Below the pieces are notes generated by a model, which was given only the letters and a program-made list of their open reading frames with translations, was not told the DNA's origin and ran no database searches. A program made the translations under genes and the position numbers. A stretch of 64,000 bases of DNA, from contig NW_018405338.1 in assembly GCF_002113885.1 (NCBI RefSeq), positions 353,317 to 417,316 on the forward strand, written 5' to 3'. This document shows positions 51,601 to 62,940 of the stretch, one piece after another (position 1 is the first letter of the stretch; each line of letters opens with the position of its first letter). Source of the stretch: Mizuhopecten yessoensis (lineage: Eukaryota).

Positions 51601-54600
51601 CGGTATCTACGTAGAATATTCCCTGGTATCTACGTAAAATATTCCCTGGTATCTACGTAGAATATTCCCTGGTATCTACGTAAAATATTCCCTGGTATAT
51701 ACGTAAAATATTCCCTGGTATCTACGTAAAATATTCCCTGGTATCTAAGTAGACGTCAGTGTAACAGAGATCATTATTTTGCAATGGGAGTCGAACCTGG
51801 AACCTCTGGTTTAGTAGTCTTACGCTCTAGTAAATGGGAGTAAGAGAAATTATCCTCTCCATGGCCGAGTCCGTAGTCATGTTATCAGGATTTGCCCCAT
51901 AGACAGGCCCTAACCCTGCCTCCTGTTTATTACAAAAGATACCTCAGTATGTCACTGACTAAAATAAGTGTACAACTCAGTAGATCAAGAAATTATTAGT
52001 GGTGAGGTTCTATGGATTGGTTTGCAAAACATTGCGTGTAGTTAGCCTTTAGCTTACAGGTCTGGCTTATTTGGAAGCGCGGGGGGGGGGGGGGGTTAAA
52101 ACTTTTGCATGATCTCTGTTCATGCTCAACAGTAGACATGTAGACAAAATCTAAAAAAGTGTTATTGATCTACACAAAGGAGAAAGTTTCTAAACTTATT
52201 TGTCTGAGACAATATGGGGTTATACATTCCCAATAAAAAAAACATTAATCCCAACTGGAAATAACAAAGTAAATGAAGTGTGCTTCTTTTTCTTGGCATA
52301 ATGATTAAGATTGAGTTTTATTCCAATGGAAAGCATATTGGATTTTTAGAAATATTTCATTCTTTTAAGAAAAGAAAATTTATAAAATTTCAATGTTAAG
52401 TTCAAATAATAAATTACCTATACCTGTACCTAGCATCTACCCTACAAACCTGTGACCCAGCGGTGATTTTTTTTCCATATTTGGGCCACGACCAAAATAG
52501 CTAAACTCATTCACCCCTGAAGACACATTTGAACTCTTCCATTTCAAAGGTTGGAATAGTTTATTATGAAACCTCAGGGGTGAATGAGTTAAATAAGACA
52601 TGGTTTTATATGTTGTTGTTTGAAGTCTAACCTGACTCAAAGAAGATTTTTGCAGATATGCCATTTAATCCAGTTGAGAATACGTTTAATTAAAAGGAAT
52701 GTCTATGACAGGGTTGTGAATACAACTTGAATTTCTGTGTTATACAGGGAGCTAAGTGCAACATGGGCAGCAAGCCCTGTCTGTTATTTTGTGGGGAAGC
52801 TTTTGACCAGGACGCGGAGCACAAGAGGTTGAAGAATCTCTTTATAGGTAAGTCTCTTCATAGCTTACACTGGAGTCGAAAATCCTAAATTGTTTTGTTC
52901 AACGTTCATTCTTGTGTACTTAATTGATGACATATAACATCTTAATGTGAAATGTAATTTTAAATGTTGGAAAGGAAATTATTTTATGGCAGCAGATATG
53001 AAGTTTGTAGTAATCATAATCACAGTTCATATTAACACCCCACTCTTTCTCTATCCCGTCTTCGAAATTTGGTTCCTGTATATGTCTTGATAGATGCAAA
53101 TTCCAAGTACCATTTCACTATCAGAAACAATTAAATTGCTGTATAAAATGTTGAATCAGGATAAAAGTGGATTTAGATTTCCATCTGAAAACAGCCAGCA
53201 CAGTTTTACCGTTGATGTTGTGACACTTTCATTTTTGTTTTCAGATTTTTTCCGCGGCCCCGTAATAAGTCAGGTACGACTTGCTGGTCTAGAACATGTC
53301 ATACAGATAACTTCTCTGGATGGCAAAATACTACTTCGGAACTACAAGTAAGTGCTAGCTATGAATCCATCTCTGTAACATTGCCTCCCTACTGTAGTGT
53401 GAATGGGGACGTACCTTTATCATAGTCAGGTGTACGATTTGTCAACTGATTGTCTTGTACGTAAGTAGTAAAATCAGGACTAGATCAGGATTCAAACCTG
53501 GGACCCTCTGAACTCTAGACTTGACGCTCTACCAATTGAGCTACCTTGTTGTCGACGATCGACCCAGTCAGGTCCCACTACATTCCTCCCATCCTTGTGC
53601 TAAGTCTTCACCCCCGAACACAAAACTATTTATAACCCATGCAGGTTCAGGTATCCCCTCGTCAAGTACTCACCTAGCACTTGAACGAAGGGTTGGTCAC
53701 AGGCACCATTGTAACAGGAGAAGATAAATGCATGGCCAGTAGGGGAATCAAACCGAAAACCCTTCAAACTCTAGTCGAACGCTCTACCAATTGAGTACCT
53801 AGTCGCCACCGGTTAATGCAGTCCAGTTCCGCTAAACATATACCTATACAATCTGGTCTGTTGGCTTAGAAAAAGTTTAATTATAATCAGTATATCAACA
53901 CATCCAGAATGAAATCATCTTTGTTCGAAATTAAGTAAATTAAAAAGAAAATGAGAAAAAGTGAAACGATGAAATGAGAAAGAAATTACATGTTGGTGAA
54001 ATGAAGAAAGTAGATTTGCTTTTCATCTGCTAGATGAGTCATTTATCCGATAACTTGATAACAACTCTAGGATGAAAATATTTAAGAAAGTGAAAGTGAT
54101 CCTGACGTGAATTTCCTTAATGCCATATTAGCAAGAACTCGAAATTGTGTCATGATATAACATTGTAAGTGGTACAAGTATCTAATTCAGTGAAAATAAC
54201 CTACAACAAATACCTTAGTAATGACTTTGTACTCACCTCTGTACAGGATCATGATGAAGAAGTCTGGCAGTAAAACTCCCAGGGTAGAATTGGACGACAT
54301 GGGCCCCTCAATCGACTTCGTCATACGCCGGACCAAACTTGCCTCCGACGACCTCTACAAGCGCTCGCTCAGACAACCAAAGACAGTTAAGGTGGGTTGA
54401 TTGTCATAATAGGATAAAATAACTTCACTACTATTTTAACTCTTGTATTTATTTTTACTAGGAACAGAAAATGTAAAATAATAGGAGGCTTGGTAGTCTA
54501 GTGGTAAGATGCCGGGCTCGTGGCCGAAGGGTTGCGGGTTCGAGTCATGTCACGGCACTGTGTTGTATCTTTAAACAAGATACTTTACTCTGCTTGTTCC

Positions 54601-56486
54601 AGTCTACTCAGCTGTAAATGAGTATGTGGTTGGACAGTGCTGGAATTGCTGTGAGCTCCTCAGGGAGTTAAGAAAGATTTTGGATGGTTGCAAAGGCCAT
54701 TGAACTACGGATAATAATTTGTGAACGGCTTTCAGACGACCTAGGTTGTGATCAAGTGGTACATAAGAACCTCAAAATATAATTATTTTTATCAAATATT
54801 CGTCAAAAATATCCAGAAATGTTTCATTCCATCATCAGTGACAAAGTATGGCACTGGGTGTGTGACAGGTATTTACATATTGGGGTCCTTACCCCCGATC
54901 AGGGTAATTGTTTCACACTCTCTTTAATGGTAATTAGCAGGCATTTACCGATAGATCAAGTGTTGAGTGAAGGCCTTTTCAGCAGTGACACAGCTTGTAT
55001 CTCACTTGAGTCAGCTTTTTTATGCCCTCGAAACATTATTGAGTGAAATCAAATGTTTACCTATTCAACTATTGTACAGTCCAATAGTCATCTAATTACT
55101 TTACATGTGAGTTAATCGTCGGAGCTGCACCATTATATCAAATGTAGGTCAGTGTGACATCAGATTTAAAAGGTTCTCTCTCACATATTAACTAGCACAA
55201 GCTTATGACCAGAAACTGAACTCTTTTGTTAATGAACACTCTGGCCTTGTTAATCATGATGAGTGAGTACCGAAGCGAAATCAACCGTGGGTATCAAGGG
55301 TATCAACCGTGGATATCTGACGATGGGCCTTGTTATGAATTTACAACGTTTGCTTAATCTTTAAATTTTATTTTAAAATATCAAATGTAAGTTGTTACCT
55401 ACAAAAGTAGATATGTTACGTTTATTGGGAGAAATTTGTTAATCTGGACATGTTCTCTTGGAACCGCATTCTCGATACTCTAGGGGTAACGCTCACTTTC
55501 GCTCTCTGCACACCTGGAATATGTCAGCAAAATTGAAGGCATGCAGCAAGCTATTTGATAGGTCTCAATTAAACAAAAATTCTTGACCAACCGCTAGGCT
55601 GATACCTGTCCTTTGAAGATTACAGAGGATCGACGCCCAACTTCAAAGCCAGTTAATTTTACCACTACACGGCCGACAGATGCTTTTGATGTATATCAAA
55701 GCATCAAACTATACTTCTTGTCTCATCCACACGGTGATGCACACGAAGCCTTCTAATTTGCTATGACATATACCAGGGGTGCAGAGAGCGAAAGTGGGCG
55801 TAATCTCTAGAGTATCGAGGATGTCGGAACCACAATATTAGGGATAATGAGGTTCAGCTGTACATGTATCACTTTTTAGGATTAGTACTTTGGGTCATCA
55901 CATTTTCTTTTAAAATGTCATAAAATGTTCCATTTATCAGAATGTTGGTAAACTTGACTCTGGACAAGCTTCCACATTCTTTAGTAAAGTATTATTCAGT
56001 CTACCCAGTTAGTCAGATGGGTAGTGGTGTGTGAGGAAGAAATTATATGAGAGTGGCAGGGTATTTTCTGTCAACTCAACATGATACAAATAAGGGGGAA
56101 AACTCTTTTAGTCTTGACACAATATGTTGTAGGTTAACAATATTTGGATTTGTAACATTTTTTAACAGTTGCCAAATTTCCTGACAGTACTAAATTGATA
56201 CAGAATGGGATCGTGATTGGCACTTTATCAAAATAAATTATTTCAATTCAATCTTTTTCTGTTGCAGCCAAGAAAAAGGAAGAACATTTCCCAAAATGCT
56301 TTTGGTTCCAAACTTGGCAGAATCCACATGGACAAACAGGACCTCGGGAAGTTACAAACACGCAAGATGAAGGGCCTGAAAAAGCGAAAGAGTGCCAAGT
56401 CAAAGGACAGTGTGACACAACCTAAAGTTGTGAAGGAAACGAACGGTCCGCCGAAAGCCAAACGAGCCAAAAAAACTGTGGAATGA
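45675..56486 (+). CDS. RPF2: Ribosome production factor 2 homolog (Brix domain), 10 exons, 318 aa
   Basis: Exons 45675-45694, 47796-47928, 48298-48335, 49151-49190, 50719-50800, 51135-51211, 52748-52847, 53245-53347, 54247-54391 and 56268-56486, all GT-AG and phase-consistent. Translation: MVLQRIVKPKTQKGKRFLEGREPK...LKKP...KNILRPFEDET.LEFFAKKSD..LF.FGCHSKKRPDNLILGRMFDFHVLDM.ELG...DFFRGP...RLAGLEHV...KSGSKTPRVEL..MGPSIDF..RRT.LASDDLYK...GRIHMDKQDLGKLQTRKMKGLKKR. Confidence 0.96.
46037..46485. mobile_element. MITE with long TIRs in RPF2 intron 1
   Basis: ACAGGTCCAGTACACTCTGCCGATTGAGCTATATAGCT... is mirrored at 46440-46485, and TAT flanks both ends. Confidence 0.85.
47006..47364 (+). mobile_element. 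tRNA-derived SINE family 1
   Basis: Full-length copy with A and B boxes and a (TTA)n tail. Confidence 0.85.
48375..48815. mobile_element. hAT-like MITE
   Basis: TAGAG...CTCTA termini with an 8-bp near-perfect TSD CAATCAAG / CAATCCAG. Confidence 0.6.
49593..50110 (-). mobile_element. TRIM (miniature LTR retrotransposon) with tRNA-like LTRs and an internal 23-bp tandem array
   Basis: Direct repeats 49593-49738 (TG...CA) and 49971 to ~50110. PPT GGAGGGGGAAAA on the minus strand abuts the 49738 LTR end. A degenerate PBS lies next to the other LTR, and each LTR carries A/B-box tRNA-like sequence. Confidence 0.7.
49832..49962. repeat. 23-bp tandem repeat (tattccctggtatctacgtaaaa) inside the TRIM
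   Basis: About 5-6 units. Confidence 0.9.
51471..51876 (-). mobile_element. Truncated copy of the same tRNA-LTR TRIM, with ~9 units of the 23-mer, flanked by a 10-bp direct repeat
   Basis: Aligns to 49755-50085; TCATGTTATC at 51461-51470 and 51877-51886. Confidence 0.7.
53455..53838 (-). mobile_element. Second TRIM family with tRNA-like LTRs
   Basis: Direct repeats ~53455-53582 and ~53710-53838 contain (minus strand) GGTAGCTCAATTGGTAGAGCG...GGTTTGAATCC. PBS TGGTGCCTGTGACC follows ...TGTTACA, and PPT GGATGGGAGGAA precedes TGTAGTGGG. Confidence 0.7.
54484..54790 (+). mobile_element. tRNA-derived SINE family 1 with an internal deletion
   Basis: Aligns to 47006-47364. Confidence 0.8.
55467..55823. 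mobile_element. MITE family 1, most complete copy
   Basis: ~75-bp TIRs cattctcgatactctaggggtaacgctcactttcgctctctgcac... / ...gtgcagagagcgaaagtgggcgtaatctctagagtatcgaggatg. Confidence 0.85.
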
Positions 56487-57027
56487 TAAATGTCGTCGTT
56501 TATTTATGAATAAGTGTGAAGTAAGAAATGACAAGAGGCTGTGTGGAAATGTCATCTGATTGTTTAGTGGTATTTATCCATTAACAAACATGGATATATC
56601 AGAACTGTGTTGGATGGGAATGGCCAGACTATATGAATTAGCCAAAGTATGCTTCATAATGTACAGCGAAAATGTTTTCGACATGGATCTCGTCATATTC
56701 GTGTCTCCGCATGGAAACGCACAGAATGGTTGTTTGACAATACAGTTATAAGCTACTCAACCAGGAATGTTGTTTCAAGCAAGCGAAGGAAGAATGAAAG
56801 ACATAGAGAACAGATTATATGTTCATATTTCCATTTCCATGGCATTGTCCCTAGATAACTTACTTGCAATTGAAAGCTGTGTCATTGATAGGACTTTACA
56901 TGACATGCATCACAAGACACAATTTTCAGCCAATCAGCACGCACCAACATTCCGTCGATAAGGCAGGAATTTAAAATTTTGTATATAACTTGTAAAAAGA
57001 TTTTTTTCAAAGGTGGAGAAACGTAAC

Positions 57028-57033
57028 AATAAA
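57028..57033 (+). terminator. Candidate RPF2 polyadenylation signal (AATAAA)
   Basis: First canonical AATAAA I see downstream of the stop (~540 nt), followed by a GT/T-rich stretch. Confidence 0.4.
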
Positions 57034-57198
57034 CATTGAACTGTTTTTGTATGGCATCCCATTTTATGATCTATTTGAATGACACAGTTTTACATGCAAA
57101 CCAATCATAATGTACTAGTGCACATTATGATGTTTGCTTGCAAAGTAGTGTCATTCAAATAGATCATAAAATACCATGCAAAAACCGTTCATTGCTTA
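57031..57198. repeat. ~170-bp imperfect palindrome (foldback element)
   Basis: Arms attttatgatctatttgaatgacac...catAATGTAC / GTGCACATTatg...gtgtcattcaaatagatcataaaat, centred on ~57116. Confidence 0.8.
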
Positions 57199-57304
57199 AA
57201 TGTATATAAACATCCCAAAGTACCAAAAATATTTGCAGGAACCACACAGCTCAATGTCCGATCAAACTTAATACGAGAATGGAATTCGGAATGATAAAAC
57301 GTGG

Positions 57305-57570
57305 AGGTCTGTATTTATGAAACCGTCCTCATACTCGAGCATGAATTCTGTGCTCAAACTAAAAAAAAATGTACCTAACTCCAGTCATCGTAAAAAGAAG
57401 CAAAGTATGGTATGAACATTTCAAATAATATTTGGCTTGAAAACTCATCCCAATCACGGAAATATCATATGTGATTTTATATTTTATTATCACAGAAACA
57501 AGTAATTGGGCGTGGGCTTCAGCACAGAATCTGAGTTTGAGCATGAAAATGGTTTCACGAATACGGGCCT
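57305..57570. mobile_element. Solo copy of the Harbinger-like MITE that is arrayed at 60.8-62.0 kb
   Basis: TIR gg.ctgtatttatgaaaccgt.ctcatactc / gagcatgaaaatggtttcacgaatacgggcc. Confidence 0.7.
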
Positions 57571-57694
57571 TGAACTTTTCTTAATGTTCTCAATTCTCAA
57601 AATCAGTTCAGGGACTATATTAAATCTCAAACACTCCTTGAAAAATAATTGAATAATAGCAGGTAGAAGCAAGTCATTAAAGAGAATCCACTGT

Positions 57695-57820
57695 TGTATG
57701 TGTGTTATAAACAGGGTGTGTGTTGAAAGTGTGTACTAAAATTGGAGTGTTCTGTATGTGTGTTATAAACAGGGTGTGTGTTGAAAGTGTGTACTAAAAT
57801 TGGAGTGTTCTGTATGTGTG
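57695..57820. repeat. 58-bp tandem duplication
   Basis: Two identical 58-bp units plus a partial third. Confidence 0.9.
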
Positions 57821-59634
57821 AGGGTGTTTGTGGAAGACAATTTAACCTCGGAAATCTAGAGGTTTCGGGAAAGAAATTGATCCAATTTTTGAGGGTTATT
57901 TTCTGAATTGCTGCAGTAAGAGATTTTATTACAGACAAACCTGTTTAACTGGAACTCTGTAAAAGTCTAAAACCATGTTTGACAGTTTATTCTGTTACAA
58001 CTGTCATAATCCTCATTGTTTTCCGTACTACAACTCAGACTGGCTATACGTTCTCCATGATTTTCACCAATACTTTCTCCTTTTATATGGACTTAAGCAA
58101 GTCTACAGTCTCTTGACTATAAGATTTACTAGAACTACTCAAATACATAGACCAGAAATAAAATGGTCTTATAGACAAAAGGCCAGGTTACCAAAACAAT
58201 AACAGTCTCTCTCTTTTTCATTATCCAAACACATTTGGGTTGAGACGTTTTCAGAAATATTTGGTAAACATTTGCATACTCAGAGGTGTCAGTCCATATG
58301 AAACGGTGCCCCATGCCTTGTATGTGCGATGTAGAAGAAAGTGTTGGCGGTGGAGAAAGGGGGGGGGGGGTTACTACCTTAAGGTGTGAGCATTATGTGA
58401 AGTCTCACTGACACCCATGTGTTATACATTTGGTTGTTAATTGAAATAAAAGGAAATAAATGTATTATGTTACTACATGAACCAGTCTATGGACTTTGTT
58501 GGTTTTTTACTTCAAATGTATATTTCATGTATAACTCATTCACACCTGAAATTTTACAATGAACTTTTCCAACCTTTGAATTGGAAGAGTTCAAATGCAT
58601 CTTCACGGGTGAATGAGTTGAGGGTTTCCCTTTATGTACCATTTATAAAATGTACTGTGTCACCACTGTAACAGAATGCAGTTAATTTTCATGAGTGCAT
58701 GGACTGTTACCCAAACATCTTTCCATTGTCCTTCCTTAAATCATCTTGGTGTCTCTATTTCTCAAGTATTTCTCAAGAAATAATGTACAGATCTGTTTTC
58801 AGATTTCATTTGTAGGTTCCCTGTGATCCATAATTGTACATGGAACATTCAAAAGTTGATTGGAAGAACAAAATGGCTACCAGTTGTCCATCCAGGATTT
58901 TGACAATTTATTGACCTTTTTCTCAAAATTAAAGCACTTTACAGATCTTTCTAAAATTTCATACAGTATAACTGTTGCCTTTGGTCCTTTGTTTTGGTAA
59001 TAAGTCTCCCCAACAGTTATGATAGGTGGGAAAAGGCTCTAACCAATTGAGTTTATTGAGTATAAAACCCTAAAAAGGCTATCTGACTGAACATTGAGGA
59101 AGATAAAATTGTTCTGACACCTAATTAAAACACTGTTTTTTCTTTATGTCAATATGACTCTTGGTGGGATAAAAAAAACGCACCATATAGCTGGATTTTG
59201 GAGATCTGTCTGGGAACCATTAAATCGATTTGAACTGTTCAATCAGATATGGACAATCTAACATACTGTTAACACTTATAAAGGAACAAATGATCTAAAT
59301 ACAGTCTACTTTTTAAAAGAGGTAGTAAATTGAAATAATCACAGATTTTTTACAGTTGTTATAATTTAGAAATTACTAGAGATATAGTTACTGCAGGCAT
59401 ACAACCAGATAATAAGGGACAAGCTATTTTAGTTCATTTTTTTCTTTTTAGATTTTTGAGATATTTACTCTTTATTTTTAAATAGATACATTAAATTCTA
59501 TTATTGTTTTCGATTTCAGAGATGATGAGTTCAATAACATGCATTAAACAGATTTATAAAATATGTATTGATTTATTCTAAAAAAAAAAATCACTTAGTT
59601 TATATTCAAACAATAGAATTATAATCTCTGAGTT

Positions 59635-60235
59635 AACAAGAGATCCTAGAAGGATCTTGGCACCCACCATGGAAGGATCTTTATCAGATCTACAAAGGAT
59701 GATATTTTACCTTTGTTGCCCTTCTTTTTTCCCTTTTAGGCACTCACCCTGTCCCACGTGGGAAATCCTTAAAGTGAATCTAGTACATTAACTTAGACAT
59801 CGTAATGTCATGATATTTGCCAATATGACAAATGTTATTTTATAGGAATTGAAAACTATATTCTAAAAGCTAAAAAATTGTAATTCTTACATAGTTAAAG
59901 TGCTGTTAATGACGAATGAATATTCATAAGGGCAGGGATAATTTTAACAAAGGGAACATACATATAAAATAGTGATAACAAAATTGAACTGTCAAAATTC
60001 AAGATGGCTGTCTGGTGTCCATCTTGGTTTTCCTATATGTCTCTCACGTACTTTCTGGGAAATAGTGCAAACAAACTTTAACTCTTAAAATGAAGAGCCT
60101 CAATGTGAAATTTGAAAACGATCCCTTTAGTACTTTATTAGAAATAGCGCCAACAAGAATTGTTCTCTTGAAAAGACGAACCACGGGCGGACGGTAATTT
60201 GAATAGCCCACCGTCTGATGATGGTGGGCTAAAAA
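59635..60235. mobile_element. Probable Helentron/HINE-like non-autonomous element
   Basis: AACAAGAG start, a degenerate gacg/ggac tract and a terminal hairpin TAGCCCACCGTC...GATGGTGGGCTA followed by an A run. Family assignment is by structural analogy only. Confidence 0.4.
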
Positions 60236-60818
60236 TTATGACATGGATATATAAAACCAGCTCACAAACGGCTGGTTTCAAAAGAGACGTGAGGACACGA
60301 CTGTTTTAAATATTTGTGAAAAAGAAGCATTACTTATGAAGGTAAATAGTATACCAGAACGTCATCACAGGAGCAAAACGATGGGATTCTATGTTCATAG
60401 TTGACTCGCGGAAGGCAAAACTGGACTCCCCACCTCCAATCCCCCTTTCGAGCAAGGCAAAATATGACAACCAAAATCAAAACAAAAGTAAAGCAGGTCC
60501 CTAGACCTGAACTTGTTCAAAAGATGAATCTCAGAGATGTAACAATTTTAGCAAAATTAATTGCACTGCATCATACAGCTGCTTCACCTTCTAGGACTTA
60601 TCAGGAATGCAGGTGGTTAAAACGGTGGAATTCAAAGTCAAATTATGTGTTCAAGTTCAATTCCCAATTCAATTGACAAAGAATAATTTTTAGATACATT
60701 AAGGGTGACTATATTATATAAAATATCTTCTTTTAGAGACTGTTTTTGGGTTTAACATCCTCACATCAGCTAGGTTTATGTTTAGACGGTTTTTTTAGAG
60801 ACCTATACCCGAATTTCA

Positions 60819-62010
60819 GGGAACCGTTCTCATACTCAAACATGGATTCTGTGCTCAAACCAACTTTCTTGCAACTCGCTTAAATCATGTGACACGAAAA
60901 AAAACGTCAAGTGTAAATGTTGATAACGATCTTCAGTTGGGAAAATGCGGAGTTTTATTTATTTATCATCGGAACAAGAAATTGGACTTGGGCACAGAAT
61001 TTGAGTTTAAGCATGAGAACGGTTTCGTTAATACGGCCCCAGGAACCGTACTCGTGACCAAGCATGGATTTTATGCTCAACCCAACTTTCTTGTAACTCA
61101 GTTAAATCGTGCGACTCGGTCAGATATAGTCAAGTGCGAACATTTCAAACAGAATACAGCACGAAATCTTCCAAAAATGTTGACAAAATGTTGTTTTTTC
61201 ATTATCAATCACAGGAACAATAAATTGGGCTTTAACACAGAGTTTGAGTTTGAGTATGAGAACGATTTGATTTCATGAATAATGATCCAGGAATGGTACT
61301 CTTGCTAAAGCATATGGGTTTTGTGCTCAAGCAAACTCCCTGAAAACGGGAATCGGCTTTTTGTCTATCCAATAGTATTCGAGGATGATTGACAAAATGT
61401 GAACAGTTCAGAAATTGTGCTTTGCACAGAATCTAAGTTTGAGTATGAGAACGATTTCATGAAGAGAGGCCAGGGCCTGTATACATGAAACAGTTCTCAT
61501 CCTCAAACATGGCTTTTTCGCTCAAGTCTAATTTCTTGTTGCGGATATAACTTAATAAAAAAATCTTATTTTGTCAATGGTTTGAAAGAAACTTTGAAGA
61601 GACTTAAAGCTGAATAATGTTTTCAATGTTTTCATTTGACTATTTGATCGTTTGACATGGTTTAAGTGAGATACAAGAAAGTTGGTTTGAGCACAAAATC
61701 CATGCTTGAGCATGAGAACGGTTTCATGAAAACGGGCCCATGTGGTGGCCCCTAGTCATGAAACTTTTCTCAATCTCAAGCATATAGGTTCTTAGCCTAA
61801 TCCAGCTTCTTTCAACTCAATTAAATCGTGACACGGCCAAAATTGTCGAGTTTCAACACCGAAAAATGTATTCCGTTTAAATCTCTCCAAAAGTCTTCCA
61901 AATTACTGACAAAATGTGACATATTAATCACCGGAGCAAGAAACAAAACAGGAATTGGACACATGTTCTGAGTTTTGGCGTAAGAGTGGTTTCGTGAATA
62001 AAGGCCCCAG
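60819..62010. mobile_element. Tandem cluster of about five ~180-265-bp PIF/Harbinger-like MITE copies
   Basis: Units ~60819-61042, 61043-61290, 61291-61472, 61473-61740 (inverted) and 61747-62008, each bounded by aaccgttctcatactcaaac / gtttgagcatgagaacggtttc, with GGCC ends and CAG at several junctions. Confidence 0.7.
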
Positions 62011-62940
62011 AAATCTTCGATCTACCAATAATGAACTATACAAAACGATAAATAAGAACTACCTGTAACCTACCAACCACAACACGTTGCAAAGATATTG
62101 CTAATAATTTAGAAAAAGTCATAACAATTACTAGAGTTTTCACAGTAAAGATCTATCAAAAAACTGGTACATCGAAAAACGCAGTATCGTATCGCAATAC
62201 AGAAATGAAATACCACAGTATCGCAATATTTTCAAAAGCTTATTTGTTTTATGTATCCTCTATGTGTTTTAACTTTTTCAATTGCTACATATTCAGACCA
62301 AAATGCCAAATAACATACGCAGGTTTTTTTTTAATAGAGGTTGGAATTGGCTTAGATTTCACAATCCATTGTTTGTTTTACAAACAAAAAGTCAGTCTCT
62401 TCTTTTATATCTTTCTCCGGCACACATACACGGAGGCACGTCCCTCAATGACCATAGATAGCTGTTAATAGGACGTTAAACATTATAAAACCAAACCAAA
62501 TCTTTTATATTATATCTTTCTGACAACAATTTTTTTTAAAATTGAGAATCGTTTACCCCATGACTATATATCGGAATATGTATCGTAATACATTCCATCT
62601 GTACTGCAATATATCGTGATACACTCCAGGTGTATCATTAAACAAATATTTCCTGTAGATATCTATCATAAATCCGCATTGTATAGCAATTATCGAACTG
62701 ATCATTAACATATAATGTGTAAAACTTCATTCAAAATTGTAGCTAAGTACTGTTTTCAGTTATAGTGTATTTTTTCATTTTAAATCCAACAATGCGGATA
62801 TTTCCCCGTATTTTACGGTTCTTTGAAAATATATACTTTATTTATTTTACAACAATTTTGAAACAAGTTATTGCAATGACAAATATTGTAAAGTTCTTGG
62901 ATCAATTTCTTACTAAGCCCATGAATCACACCGGTAAGGG

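Noticed and set aside
49832-51750. 23-bp direct repeats resembling a CRISPR array
   Set aside because: The units are contiguous with no spacers, there are no cas genes, and they lie inside a TRIM in eukaryotic introns.
26968-54560. Several tRNA-like sequences as real tRNA genes
   Set aside because: They are SINE heads or LTR-embedded A/B boxes with broken acceptor stems, and they continue into repeat bodies.
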